Source: an uncultured delta proteobacterium
GTDB lineage: Bacteria; Desulfobacterota; Binatia; Binatales; Binataceae
Reading direction: 5' to 3'
Length of the DNA stretch: 64,000 nt
NCBI GenBank assembly: GCA_963724765.1
Contig: CAVRVY010000004.1
Location: 1,376,001-1,440,000, forward strand
Shown here: positions 30,495 through 41,057 of the stretch, one piece after another
How the letters are laid out: every line of letters starts with the position of its first letter
How positions within the stretch are numbered: position 1 is the stretch's first letter
Translations under genes and position numbers: made by a program
Notes under the pieces: generated by a model
What the model was told of the DNA's origin: nothing
Databases searched by the model: none
Seen by the model: only the letters and a program-made list of their open reading frames with translations

Positions 30495-31877
30495 GTGGCG
30501 GTGGCGCTTTCCCATATGGATTACGGACCCGCACAAGCACGTGGCGAGGAGAAGTTTCAACTAATCCTTGGCCAGGTCGCTGCGATTCGCAGCCGGCTCA
30601 ACGCACTGGCCCTGCAACAAGGGATATTTGGCGGGCTCACTTTCGTCCTTTGCGCCGCGGTGCTGATCGTCGGGGCCGCTTTCGCCTTCAGTCCGCTCAC
30701 TTTTCTCCTGCTTGGCGTCGCCGTCACCGCCACCGCCATCGCCGCAGTCGCGCGCACGGCTCGCCGGGCGTGGCGGATGCGCACCAGTGCCGAGCGCGCG
30801 GCACTTATCGCCGACGAACGCGCGGTGCTCAAGGGCCGGCTGACCACGATGGTCGACGCGGCGCGAGTCGAGCGGCGCTCCGCGCTGTGGCCCTTTCTGA
30901 TCGAAGATACCCTGGCGCGGCGTGAGGAATTCGTTGCCGCCAGAATCGAGCCGCGCCGGGTTTCGCGATGGCTGTGGGCAGCGCTGGTATCGTGCGCGAT
31001 CGCGGCGCTGGTGATGCGTCTCGCCTACGGCGTGCGCAACTCAAGGATGCTCGCCAACAATCGCGTCGTCAGCGCGCCGGGCGAAGTCACCGCCGACCTG
31101 GGCGACCTCGACATCCGGCCCGCCGATCCTTCAGCTGAACCGGGCACGGCAATAGACGCGGACCCGGCGACGCTGCGCAAGCTGGCCGACAAGCTGCGCG
31201 AGGCCCAGCGCGGTGGCCAGCAGAGCAGCCCGACCTCGCGCCTGATGGCCAATGCGCGCGACGCCGCCAGTGCGCTGCAGAACAAGCTTACCGGGGGCAA
31301 GCCGCTCCAGCCTGCGCCACGCCTGAGGCTTACCTACAGAAAGGGCGCCAACGCGGGCAAAGGCGGAGCGCAAAATCCGGATCACCAGCAGGCGAACGGT
31401 GCCCAGGATAATCCGCAAAGTCCCGGCAGCGGACAGCAATCCGATCAGAGCCAGACGCAACAATCCAACAGTGCTCCGACTCCCGGAGCGCCGGACATGA
31501 GCGGATTGGCCGCGCTCAACGGTCTCAATAACGACGACCCGAACCCCAGCGGCTCTGTCGCCCAGAACACGCCGCCCAACTCACGCAAACTTCCTCAAGC
31601 CGGCTCGATGGGCGCGGGCGGCGCGGACCATGGCTCAGGAAGCGACCCCCAGCATCTTTATGGCGATCCCGAGAGGCCGCCGCTGGGCAACGACACTTTC
31701 AAGATTCCGGTCGAGGTGGGACCATCCGACGACGGATCGAGTAACACCGCTCCCGCCTCCGTACCCCAACGGATAAAGAGCACGCTCAACGCGAGCCAGG
31801 CTCCCGACGAACCCTTCGAGCGCGCATCCATCCCGGCCTCCGACCGGGTGACGATTAAACGGGTGTTTGAACGATGA
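30495..31877 (+). CDS. membrane protein with Gln/Gly/Ser-rich disordered C-terminus, first gene of the MoxR operon
   Basis: Three hydrophobic segments, low-complexity tail, ATGA overlap with moxR. Confidence 0.7.
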   Translation: MAVALSHMDYGPAQARGEEKFQLILGQVAAIRSRLNALALQQGIFGGLTFVLCAAVLIVGAAFAFSPLTFLLLGVAVTATAIAAVARTARRAWRMRTSAERAALIADERAVLKGRLTTMVDAARVERRSALWPFLIEDTLARREEFVAARIEPRRVSRWLWAALVSCAIAALVMRLAYGVRNSRMLANNRVVSAPGEVTADLGDLDIRPADPSAEPGTAIDADPATLRKLADKLREAQRGGQQSSPTSRLMANARDAASALQNKLTGGKPLQPAPRLRLTYRKGANAGKGGAQNPDHQQANGAQDNPQSPGSGQQSDQSQTQQSNSAPTPGAPDMSGLAALNGLNNDDPNPSGSVAQNTPPNSRKLPQAGSMGAGGADHGSGSDPQHLYGDPERPPLGNDTFKIPVEVGPSDDGSSNTAPASVPQRIKSTLNASQAPDEPFERASIPASDRVTIKRVFER

Positions 31878-32917
31878 ATGCAGTTGCCGCCGGCGAAGCG
31901 CCCAGCGTGGGCGACTTCATGCGCACGTTCCGCCACGTTCAGGCCGAGATTCACAAGGTGATCGTGGGCCATCAGCAGGCCGTCGAGGAACTCTTGAGCG
32001 CGTTCTTCGCCAGCGGCCACGTGCTCATCGAGGGCGTCCCCGGCACCGGCAAAACCACGCTGGTCAAGACGCTCGGCCTCGCACTTAACCTGAGCTTCAA
32101 CCGTATCCAGTTCACCGTCGACCTGATGCCGGCCGACATCACCGGCACCCGGGTAATTCTCTCGGGCGAAGACGGCCGGCGGGAATTCTCCTTCCAGCCG
32201 GGACCCGTGTTCTGCCACATCCTGCTCGGCGACGAGATCAACCGCGCCACACCCAAGACCCAGTCGGCGCTGCTCGAATGTATGGCCGAGTTGCAGGTGA
32301 CGGTCTCCGGCATCACCCACACGCTCAAGCCACCGTACTTCGTGATGGCGACACTCAATCCGATCGAAATGGAGGGCACGTATCCTCTGCCCGAGGCTCA
32401 ACTCGACCGCTTCCTCTTCAAGGTGCGGTTGGAGTACCCGGACGAGAGCGAGATGGTGCGTATCGTGACCAATACCACCGGCCCCGAGGACGCGGGCGTC
32501 GAGCCGGTATTCTCGGTGGCCGAAGCGGCCGAGCGGATCGAGGCGCTCAAGCACCTGGTGCGCGAGGTGATGGTGGCGCAGCCGATCGAACACTACGCGG
32601 CGCGGATGGTGCGCGCGACCCAGCCCAGCACCTCGCGCTTCATCGGCCAGCAAAGCAATGGCTTGCGCGTCGACGCGGTCGACCGCTACGTCAGCTTCGG
32701 CGCGAGCCCGCGCGGGGCGCAGGCGCTCATCATGGGCGCCAAGGTGCGCGCTCTGCTCGACGGGCGCGCCAACGTGGCCTACGACGACATCGATCAGGTG
32801 GCTCCCGCCGCGCTCCAGCATCGTGTGATGCTTAACTACGCAGCCCACTCCGACGGCATCGACGCGAGCCACGTCGTCGAGCGCGTCATCCAGGCGGTCC
32901 GCCCAACCCGCGCCTGA
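31874..32917 (+). CDS. moxR: MoxR family AAA+ ATPase
   Basis: GHVLIEGVPGTGKT, RIQFT.DLMPADITG, DEINRA.PKTQSALL, EGTYPLPEAQLDRF. Confidence 0.95.
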   Translation: MNAVAAGEAPSVGDFMRTFRHVQAEIHKVIVGHQQAVEELLSAFFASGHVLIEGVPGTGKTTLVKTLGLALNLSFNRIQFTVDLMPADITGTRVILSGEDGRREFSFQPGPVFCHILLGDEINRATPKTQSALLECMAELQVTVSGITHTLKPPYFVMATLNPIEMEGTYPLPEAQLDRFLFKVRLEYPDESEMVRIVTNTTGPEDAGVEPVFSVAEAAERIEALKHLVREVMVAQPIEHYAARMVRATQPSTSRFIGQQSNGLRVDAVDRYVSFGASPRGAQALIMGAKVRALLDGRANVAYDDIDQVAPAALQHRVMLNYAAHSDGIDASHVVERVIQAVRPTRA

Positions 32918-32931
32918 GCGGCTGGACCGAG

Positions 32932-33840
32932 ATGCTCGAGGCGCGCGCATTCGAGCCCGACTTTCTCCGCCGGCTTGACGGCCTGGTGCTCGGAGTTCAG
33001 CGTTCACGCACCGTGCGCGAAGGCCGCCGTTTGCTCGGGCGCGTGCAAGGACTCGGCATCGAACCCGAAAGTTTCAAGCAGTACACCGAGGGCGACGACC
33101 TGCGCTTCCTGGACTGGAACGCGTTCGCCCGGCTCGACGATCTGACGATTCGCACATTTCGGGCCGAGCGCGAAATCGAAGTCACCATCCTGGTTGACGC
33201 CAGCGCCTCGATGGGACTGCCGCGCGACGACGACAAGCTCGGCTTCGCGCTGGCCCTGGCGGCCTCGCTCGCCTACGTCGCGATGGCCAGCAACGATGCA
33301 GTGCGGCTGGGCGCGTTCACCACCGCACGCGGCACCGCGACGCGCCTGGAGACCTCCGCGCTGCATCGCCGGCGCGAGACCTATCCGGCCTTCCGAACGT
33401 TCGTAAGCTCGGTGCGCTCGGGCGGCGCCACGCAGATGGCCGAAGCGGTGGGCCGCCTGCTGCTCGAGCGCCGGCCGGCCGGCACCGTCATCCTGATCTC
33501 CGATTTCCTGGTCTCCGCCAGCGAATACGAACAGGCCTTGCGCAGCCTGCTGCGCGCGCGCCATGAGGTCAAGGTCATCCACGTGCTGGGCGACCGCGAG
33601 AGCAGCGGCAATTATCCGCCGGGCCACTATCGCGTACGCGATTCGGAAACCGGCGAACTGTGCGAGGTCACCCTCGGCGCGAGCGCGGCCGAGAACTGCC
33701 GGCGGCGAGTCGAGCGGCTGTCGGCCGATCTGGCGGCATTTTGCGCGGCCAACGCAATGGCATACGCGCGGGCCTTCGGCGCCAGCCATTTCGACGACAT
33801 CGTGATGCGCGAATTTCCCCGCCTGGGCGTGATGCGGTAG
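32932..33840 (+). CDS. DUF58 domain protein
   Basis: KQYTEGDDLRFLDWN, DASASM, ISDFL. Confidence 0.9.
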   Translation: MLEARAFEPDFLRRLDGLVLGVQRSRTVREGRRLLGRVQGLGIEPESFKQYTEGDDLRFLDWNAFARLDDLTIRTFRAEREIEVTILVDASASMGLPRDDDKLGFALALAASLAYVAMASNDAVRLGAFTTARGTATRLETSALHRRRETYPAFRTFVSSVRSGGATQMAEAVGRLLLERRPAGTVILISDFLVSASEYEQALRSLLRARHEVKVIHVLGDRESSGNYPPGHYRVRDSETGELCEVTLGASAAENCRRRVERLSADLAAFCAANAMAYARAFGASHFDDIVMREFPRLGVMR

Positions 33841-33846
33841 CGCGCG

Positions 33847-35727
33847 ATGGGCCTGCTCAACCCCCGCAACCTGGCCTACCTCGCGAGTCTCGCCGTGCTG
33901 GTCGCGATTTACCTGCGCGCCCGCGCCAAGCCCACGCTCGAGGTTTCCAGCCTGATGCTGTTCGACGAGATCGCCGCGCCCGTGGCGAGCTCGCGCGTGT
34001 TGCGCACGGACCTGATGTTCTGGCTCGAGATGGCGGCGCTGGGCGCGCTCTCGATGGCGCTGGCGGGGCTGTACATCCGCGCCACGGCGCCGGCGGCCCA
34101 TCATCAGGCCCGCGCGCTGATTTTCGACCTTGGCGCCGGGATGGGAGCGCGCGAGGTAACCGGCACGCGGATTGACGACGCCCGGCGCCAGGCGCTCGAA
34201 ATCGTCACCGCGGCCAGACCCGGCGACAGCTTCAGCGTGATCGGCTACGCGCTGGAGGCCACGGTGTATCGCGCTCCGACCTCACATCTGGCCGACGTCC
34301 GCCAGGCGATCAGAGAGCTCAAGCCCGCGGCGCTGCCGGCACGGGCGGCCGCGATGCGCGCGGCGCTGATGCGTGCGCGCGGCACGGCCGAAATCGATGT
34401 CTTTGCCGACCGCGCGCCGGCCAGCGACTTGTTGAATTCCGCCGACGCCGGGGCGCGCGTGCATCTGCATCAGGTCGGCGCGCCCGCCGCCAATCTCGCG
34501 ATCGTGGCGCTCGAGCCCGGCACCGTGGGCGCGTCGCCGGGCCGGATGGTCGTGCGCAACTTCTCCGACCGTCCCCAGCTCTGCGAGATTGCTCTCGACC
34601 TCGATGCGCACAGCGTGCTGAGCACCACCATCGTGCTCGAACCGCGCGGGCAGACCGTGATGCCCTTTGGCCCGCTCAAGCGGGGCGGTCTGGTTCGGGC
34701 GCGCATCCTCACCGCCGACGCGCTCGACGCCGACAACAGCCGCTGGGCCTTTGCGCCCAACGACAAGCCCGATAAGGCGCTGGTGATGTCGCCCAGCCCC
34801 GAGGCGCGCGACGATCTGGCGCGGGTGCTGTTGGCGATCAACCAGAACCTGATCGTGACCGCGATCGATCCGGTCAAGTTCGATCTCGCGAGCGCCCCGC
34901 GTTATCGCCTGGCCGTGCTCGACGACGCCTACGACCCCGGCATCAACGCCGCCGCGCGTCTGATCATTTATCCGCCGCCCTGGCTGGAGCACTCGGCGCC
35001 GCCGTCATGGCAGTTGCCGGTGGTCGGCACGGTGGCGATAGCCGAGATGCAGGAGCGCGCCGACGGCGAGCAGCTTGGCCAGCCGCTCGCGCTCAGCCCC
35101 GCGCGCATCCTGAGCCTGCCGCAATGGATGGACGTGCTGGCGCACGGCACCGGCGCGGGCAGCAGCGGATCGTTTCCGCTGGCGGGTTTCGGCTACGACT
35201 CCCGCGGCGCGATAGGCATGATCGCGTTCAGCGTAAATGACCATATGCTGCTCGATCCCGACAAGCTCGAGGCGCTGGTGCTGACGGTGGAGATGGTCAA
35301 GCGCCTGCTGGCGCCGCAGGATTTGCAGGTCGTATCGACCGGCAGCGCGGTCAGCGTCCCGGCCGTGGGCGCCGTCAGGATCGTCGCACCCGACGGATCG
35401 GTGAGCGAGGCCCGGGCCGACGAGATGGGCCGCGTCAACGTGCGACCGATCGAGGCCGGTCGCTACGAGGTCAGTTCGGCGGGCGCCAAGTCGATTATCT
35501 ACGCCAACTACTACGACGCCGGCGAATCGGACCTTTCGGCCGCGCCGCCGGCGCCCGCATCCTCCGCGAAAGGGGCGCCCGAAAGGGCGGCGGCGATGGC
35601 CGTGCCCGCCGTGACCCGGGTGCAGCCGATCGCGACGTGGCTCGTCGCGCTTGCGCTGGTTGCGATGCTGCTGGAGTCGGCGATACTGACACGCAGGGCA
35701 ATGCGCTGGAGGGCGCGCGATGTTTGA
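33847..35727 (+). CDS. BatA N-terminal / degenerate vWA domain membrane protein
   Basis: N-terminal LLNP..L motif, VSSLMLF, degenerate MIDAS (DLGAGM), C-terminal TM. Confidence 0.75.
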   Translation: MGLLNPRNLAYLASLAVLVAIYLRARAKPTLEVSSLMLFDEIAAPVASSRVLRTDLMFWLEMAALGALSMALAGLYIRATAPAAHHQARALIFDLGAGMGAREVTGTRIDDARRQALEIVTAARPGDSFSVIGYALEATVYRAPTSHLADVRQAIRELKPAALPARAAAMRAALMRARGTAEIDVFADRAPASDLLNSADAGARVHLHQVGAPAANLAIVALEPGTVGASPGRMVVRNFSDRPQLCEIALDLDAHSVLSTTIVLEPRGQTVMPFGPLKRGGLVRARILTADALDADNSRWAFAPNDKPDKALVMSPSPEARDDLARVLLAINQNLIVTAIDPVKFDLASAPRYRLAVLDDAYDPGINAAARLIIYPPPWLEHSAPPSWQLPVVGTVAIAEMQERADGEQLGQPLALSPARILSLPQWMDVLAHGTGAGSSGSFPLAGFGYDSRGAIGMIAFSVNDHMLLDPDKLEALVLTVEMVKRLLAPQDLQVVSTGSAVSVPAVGAVRIVAPDGSVSEARADEMGRVNVRPIEAGRYEVSSAGAKSIIYANYYDAGESDLSAAPPAPASSAKGAPERAAAMAVPAVTRVQPIATWLVALALVAMLLESAILTRRAMRWRARDV

Positions 35728-38323
35728 GCGTCCCGAACTGCTGTGGCTGCTGCTCGCCGTGCCGCTGTTGGTGGCGCCGGGCCTGATGGCCGTGCGCGCG
35801 GGGCGCCGTGGGGCCGGCGCGGCCGCCGCGGCACTGCGCGCGAGCCTGTTCGTGCTACTGGTCGTGCTGCTCGCCGGTTTGCGGTTGCCGCTCAAGACGC
35901 CGGCGCGGCGGATGGCAGTGGTGGTCGCGATGGACGCCTCGCATTCGATCGCGCCCGACCAGTTCCAGTGGATGCGTCAGCAGCTGGAGACGCTGCGCGC
36001 GGCGATGAGTCCGCGCGACCGCCTCGCGGTGCTCGAGTTTGGCCGCAGCACGCGCCTGCTGGCGCCGCTGGGCGATCCGCGCCTGGTGCGCGTCGATCGT
36101 TCGCGCACCGGCGCCGATCCTGGCGGCACCGATATCGCAGGCGGCCTCACCACCGCGCTCAGCCTGCTGCCGCCGCAGGACGAAAAGCGGATCGTGCTGC
36201 TGACCGACGGCAACGAGACCGATGGCGACGCGAGAGCCGAAGTTCCCGCGCTGGTCGAGCAGGGCGCGCGGCTGTACGCCGCGGCCCCGCCGCCGTCGGC
36301 GGCGGGGCGGGTCGCGATCGTCGACTTTCAGGCGCCTACCCCCGTGCGCGCGCACGCCAGCTTCGCGCTCAGACTCGACATTCTGAGCGAAGCACGCGCG
36401 CCGGCCGTCGCACGCGTGCGGCTGACCAGCAACGGCGAGGAATTGGGCCATCGTTCGGTCGTGCTCCAGCCGGGGCTCAACCGTTTCGCCCTGCCCTACC
36501 AGTTGGATCGTTACGGCGCTTACCTGCTCAACGCGCGGATCGACGTCGACTCGCCGCTGGTCGCCGCCAACCCTGGCGCGGAGACCGCGGTCTCGGTCAT
36601 CGGGCCGCCGCGTGTGCTGGTGGTCTCGACCAGTCCGCCCGACAGCCTGATGAGCGCGCTCAGGCTGCGCCAGTACGAGGTTCAGGAGACGCCGCCGCAT
36701 GGGCTGCCGGCCGATCCCGAGGCTTATCTCGCCTACCAGGTGGTGATCCTGGTCGACGTGACTGCGGCGGCGCTGACGCCCAACGTGCAGGCGGCGCTGG
36801 CCCGCTACGTTGGCGACTATGGCGGCGGGCTGATCGTGACCGGCGACGCGCTGCGCGACGAAAAGTTTCATCGGGGCGAACTGGAAAAAGCGCTGCCGAT
36901 AACTTTCACCCCGCAGCCGCCGCCGCCCTCGCGCGAACCGATCGCGGTCTACCTGTTGATCGACCGATCCAACTCGATGAGCTACAACTCGCGCTACCCG
37001 GCGGTGCGCGACGGCGAACGCATCCGCTACGCCAAGGAGGCCGCGGCCGCCCTGCTCAACCAGCTTGACGACACCGACTACGCGGGCGTGATCGCATTCG
37101 ACTCGGAACCCTACGTGCTCTCGCATCTGCGCCCGGTGGGCGAAGACCGCGCCGAGCTGACCCGCCGGATCGAGCGGCTGGAACCCGGCGGCGGCACCGA
37201 CTTCAAGGAATCGCTGGAAATCGCCGAGCGCGAGATTCTCGCCAGCGGCATTCCGGTGCATCAGGTGATCCTGATCACCGACGGCGACACCAATCGCCAG
37301 TATCACGATCATGATCAGTTGATGACCGATTTCGACAAGCAACACATCTCGGTCTCGACCATCCGCATCGGACCCGACCTGGAGAACCTCCGCCTCCTGC
37401 AGGATTTCGCCAAGATCACCGGCGGCACCTTCTACCGCGTCGAGGACATCCGCAAGCTGCCCCTGTTGCTCGTTCGCCTCACCCATCAGGCGATCGCCGA
37501 CAAGCGCCATCAGCAGAGCCATCTCGAATACGCCGGCGAAAGCACGATCTTAAGCGGCATCAGCCAGCACGAGATTCCGCCGATCGGGCTGTTCGCGACC
37601 ACCGTGCCCAAGGACGGCGCCGCCGTGCCGCTCCGCATCAGGCGCAACAACATCGCCTCGCCACTACTCGCCGCCTGGCAGTACGGCCTCGGACGCAGCG
37701 CGGTCTTCGCCGCCGACACCGACTCGACCGCATCGCTCAGTTGGGTGCGATGGAACCGTTACGCGGAATTCTGGTCACAGCTCGCTAGCTGGGTGATGCG
37801 CCAGGGCGATTCGGGACCATTCAGCCTGCGCGTGCATAACGCGGCGGGCGGCGTCCTCAGCCTGCAGGCGGAAAAGGCCGACAATGGACCGGTTAACAAC
37901 CTGGTCTGCCGCATCAGTGGCACGGGCAACGCGGCAGGTAACGCGATGGACGTGCCGATGACCGAGTCGGGGCGCGCGGTCTATACCGGCGAGTCCGCGC
38001 CGCTGCGGCGCGGCAAGTACAACGTCACGCTGATGGTCAAGGACGGCGACACCGAGCGCGTGCTGGTGCGGCGCGAGGTCGCGGTGCCAGAGGCGGGGCC
38101 GGCCGACCAGGCCGAGCTCAAGCTGCGCCCGGCCAACCTCGACCTATTACGCGAACTCGCGCGCGCCACCGGAGGCGCGGTCGGCGTGCCGCCGGCGCAG
38201 ATGCTCGAACCGCGGGGCCAACTGGTAACTATCTATCGCGACGCCAATCCTTACCTGCTGCCGCTGGTGATCGTACTGCTGCTGGGCGAGGTCTTCGTGC
38301 GCCGCCGCTACCTCGGCGACTGA
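35720..38323 (+). CDS. double vWA domain membrane protein with glutamine-amidotransferase-like (DUF1355-like) segment
   Basis: MFERPELL, DASHS and DRSNSM MIDAS motifs, GGTD, LTDG, WQYGLGRSAVF. Confidence 0.82.
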   Translation: MFERPELLWLLLAVPLLVAPGLMAVRAGRRGAGAAAAALRASLFVLLVVLLAGLRLPLKTPARRMAVVVAMDASHSIAPDQFQWMRQQLETLRAAMSPRDRLAVLEFGRSTRLLAPLGDPRLVRVDRSRTGADPGGTDIAGGLTTALSLLPPQDEKRIVLLTDGNETDGDARAEVPALVEQGARLYAAAPPPSAAGRVAIVDFQAPTPVRAHASFALRLDILSEARAPAVARVRLTSNGEELGHRSVVLQPGLNRFALPYQLDRYGAYLLNARIDVDSPLVAANPGAETAVSVIGPPRVLVVSTSPPDSLMSALRLRQYEVQETPPHGLPADPEAYLAYQVVILVDVTAAALTPNVQAALARYVGDYGGGLIVTGDALRDEKFHRGELEKALPITFTPQPPPPSREPIAVYLLIDRSNSMSYNSRYPAVRDGERIRYAKEAAAALLNQLDDTDYAGVIAFDSEPYVLSHLRPVGEDRAELTRRIERLEPGGGTDFKESLEIAEREILASGIPVHQVILITDGDTNRQYHDHDQLMTDFDKQHISVSTIRIGPDLENLRLLQDFAKITGGTFYRVEDIRKLPLLLVRLTHQAIADKRHQQSHLEYAGESTILSGISQHEIPPIGLFATTVPKDGAAVPLRIRRNNIASPLLAAWQYGLGRSAVFAADTDSTASLSWVRWNRYAEFWSQLASWVMRQGDSGPFSLRVHNAAGGVLSLQAEKADNGPVNNLVCRISGTGNAAGNAMDVPMTESGRAVYTGESAPLRRGKYNVTLMVKDGDTERVLVRREVAVPEAGPADQAELKLRPANLDLLRELARATGGAVGVPPAQMLEPRGQLVTIYRDANPYLLPLVIVLLLGEVFVRRRYLGD

Positions 38324-38402
38324 CGACAGGTCTCTGAATCCTGCGAAATTGCTGTGGACTGCGCGACCGCGCCGCAATACGACCGGGATGATGCGATGCG
38401 GC

Positions 38403-39587
38403 TCAGCGGCTGCGGCGCGCGGCGAGCTTTTCGCCGAGGTGCTCGAGGCGTTCTGCCGCCGCGGCCAGAGTCTGGTCGCTTTTTGAAAAAGTGAAGCGCA
38501 GCATCCGATGGCCGAGTTCGTTGCGATGATAGAAGCTGGAGCCGGGCACCGCGGCAACCCCGACCGCGTCGAGAAAAAAGTCGGCAGCCTCAAAGTCGTC
38601 ACGAAAGCCAAGCTCACCGATGTCAGTCATGATGTAGTACGCGCCCTGCGGCATCCAGCAGCGCAGCCCCGCGCCCTTGAGCGCCGCCAGCAGGACCGCG
38701 CGCTTGCGCTCATACATCGCTTTCAATTCGGCGTAAAACGACTCGGGCATCGCGAGCGCAGCGGCGCCGGCCTCCTGCAGCGGGTGCGGCGCGCCGACGG
38801 TTAGAAAGTCGTGCACCTTGCGGATCGCCCCGGTCAGCTGCTCGCAGGCGATCGCATAGGCCAGCCGCCAGCCGGTAATCGAATAGGTCTTGGAGAGGCC
38901 GCTGACGGTGATCGTGCGCTCGGCCATCCCGGGCAGGCTGCCAATCGACAGATGACGCGCGCCGTCGAAAATGATGTGCTCGTAGATTTCGTCGGTCACC
39001 GCCAGCGTGTCGTGGCGCCGGCATAGCTCCGCGATATGCTCCAGTTCAGCCCGGTTGAAGACCTTGCCCGAAGGGTTGTGGGGCGTATTGATGACGATCG
39101 CCTTGGTGCGCGGGCTGAAAGCCGCTTCGAGCTCGCCGCGATCGATCGCGAAGTCAGGCTCTCGCAACGCCACGTAACGCGCCGTCGCGCCGGCCAGGAT
39201 CACGTCGGGGCCATAGTTCTCATAGAACGGCTCGAAGATGATCACTTCATCGCCCGGATTGATAACCGCGAGCATCGTCGCGACCATCGCCTCGGTGGCG
39301 CCGCAAGTCACGGTGACGTTACGGTCGGGATCGCATTCGAGCCGGTTGTAGGCGCGCGCCTTGTCGGCGATCGCGCGGCGGAAGTTGGGCGAGCCATGCG
39401 TGATCGCGTACTGATTGTAGTCCTCGTCGATCGCGCGCTTGGCCGCCTCTTTGAGTTCCGCGGGGGCGGCAAAATCGGGAAATCCCTGCGCCAGGTTGAC
39501 CGCGCCGCAAGCCAGCGCCCGTCGCGTCATCTCGCGAATGACCGATTCGGTGAATAGTCGTGTCTTGTGTGATATGTCGGTCGGCAT
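38403..39587 (-). CDS. PLP-dependent aminotransferase class I/II
   Basis: NLAQGFPDF, NTPHNPSGKV, DEIYEH, SKTYSITGWRL. Confidence 0.93.
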   Translation of the reverse strand: MPTDISHKTRLFTESVIREMTRRALACGAVNLAQGFPDFAAPAELKEAAKRAIDEDYNQYAITHGSPNFRRAIADKARAYNRLECDPDRNVTVTCGATEAMVATMLAVINPGDEVIIFEPFYENYGPDVILAGATARYVALREPDFAIDRGELEAAFSPRTKAIVINTPHNPSGKVFNRAELEHIAELCRRHDTLAVTDEIYEHIIFDGARHLSIGSLPGMAERTITVSGLSKTYSITGWRLAYAIACEQLTGAIRKVHDFLTVGAPHPLQEAGAAALAMPESFYAELKAMYERKRAVLLAALKGAGLRCWMPQGAYYIMTDIGELGFRDDFEAADFFLDAVGVAAVPGSSFYHRNELGHRMLRFTFSKSDQTLAAAAERLEHLGEKLAARRSR

Positions 39588-39783
39588 CGCCCGCCCAGTT
39601 TACGCGCGCCGCACTACGAGCGCCAAGTGGCCGTCGCGTGTGCGCGCGAGCCAAACGCGGCAATCGGCATGGCGCGCACCGATGCGCTGGCGAAAATCAA
39701 TACGCGCTGCGGGAATTAAATCTGAACGACGGCCCGCTGCAGTGAAGACTTGGTCGCAGGCGAAATATGTCGCCAGGAAGGAT

Positions 39784-39999
39784 TCAGTGACCGATTTCGG
39801 CTCGTAGCTCTTCGAGCTGCGCAGCGCCTTGCTGCAGACGCCATTCGTCGATCGCTTCAACGTTGAAGCGCCAGTCACTTCCAATCTTGAAACCCGGCAA
39901 CTGCCCTTTTTTTAGCAGGCGATAGATCGTCGAGCGGTGTACTCTGAGGTACTCGGAAAGCTCGTTGACCGTCAGAACTTTTGCGCCAGTTGATGGCAT
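39784..39999 (-). CDS. small helix-turn-helix DNA-binding protein (HTH_17, excisionase/BldC-like)
   Basis: LTVNELSEYLRVHRSTIYRL..GQLPGFKIGSDWRF; purine-rich SD. Confidence 0.88.
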   Translation of the reverse strand: MPSTGAKVLTVNELSEYLRVHRSTIYRLLKKGQLPGFKIGSDWRFNVEAIDEWRLQQGAAQLEELRAEIGH

Positions 40000-40343
40000 C
40001 TTCCTATCCCCTTTGGACCAAACTAATGCCCAACCTCCGCCTCTTGTTATGCCGATTCCGGTCTAATTGTGCCAATCTTCGGCATTGATATGCATTAATA
40101 GGATAGATTTCTCGAAAAGAAAAGTCCCCTTGAGAACCGAGTCAAGCACTTTTCTCGATATTGTTCACCCGGCGGAATCACCCTGCCAACCGGCGGAACG
40201 CAATACCTGTTGCGACGGTTGCAGTCCACCGAATCTCGATCTGGCGATCAAGAGCCGAAGATCCATAATGCTCCAAGCGATCTCCCGCCGGGCATCGGCC
40301 CCGGCTTGTCCAACCGGACGCGCGCGAATAGGTTCGATCACGG

Positions 40344-41057
40344 ATGGCTCCGCAGGTGAGGATCGGCGCTTCTGGCTTCAGCTACAAGAAATGGCTCGGA
40401 GCCTTCTACCCGCCCAAACTGCCGGGTTCAAAGATGCTCGCCTATTACGCCGAGCGTCTGCCAACGGTGGAGATCAACTACACGTTTCGCGCGATGCCGC
40501 GGCGCGCGATGCTCGAGCGATGGGCGGAGCAGACGCCGGCGCACTTCCGTTTCGCACTGAAAGCGCCGCAGCGCATCACGCACTTCGCACGGTTGCGGAA
40601 CACCGCCGAGACCGTCGGCTTCTTCGCCGAAACCGTCGCCGTGCTGGGCGAGCGGCTGGGCCCCACGCTATTCCAGCTTCCGCCCGACTTCGGCCGTGAC
40701 GTGGCGTTGTTGCGGGAGTTCATCGCGATGCTGAGCGGGCGCCTGCGCGCGGCCTTCGAGTTCCGCAATCACTCATGGTTCGACGACGACGCCGCTCTGC
40801 AAGCGCTGCGCGACGGCGGCGCCGCCCTGTGCATCGCCGAGAGCGACCGCCTGGCAAGCCCGGTCGAGCGCACCGCCCCCTACGTCTACGCGCGCCTGCG
40901 CAAGGAAACCTACGATGACGCTGCGCTTAGGGAATGGGCCGCGCGTCTGGCGCGCGTAAGTGAAGGCGCCGACGAGATCTACGTCTACTTCAAGCACGAA
41001 ACCGGCGCGCCGGAGCTTGCCGCGCGCCTGCAACGCCTGCTCGCCGACGGCATTTGA
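40344..41057 (+). CDS. DUF72 (YecE-like) family protein
   Basis: IGASGFSY..W, VEINYTF, LKAPQRITH, LFQLPP, EFRNHSW. Confidence 0.9.
   Translation: MAPQVRIGASGFSYKKWLGAFYPPKLPGSKMLAYYAERLPTVEINYTFRAMPRRAMLERWAEQTPAHFRFALKAPQRITHFARLRNTAETVGFFAETVAVLGERLGPTLFQLPPDFGRDVALLREFIAMLSGRLRAAFEFRNHSWFDDDAALQALRDGGAALCIAESDRLASPVERTAPYVYARLRKETYDDAALREWAARLARVSEGADEIYVYFKHETGAPELAARLQRLLADGI

Noticed and set aside
28659-30560. Long antisense or alternate-frame ORFs (e.g. 28659-30560, 37-1311, 7003-8169, 21930-23327, 35855-37522, 47333-48745, 55003-56442)
   Set aside because: Shadow ORFs expected in high-GC DNA. They overlap well-supported genes and are Arg/Ala/Gly-rich with no family motifs.
39784-39999. 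Prophage or ICE excisionase
   Set aside because: Flanked by housekeeping genes, with no integrase or phage genes.
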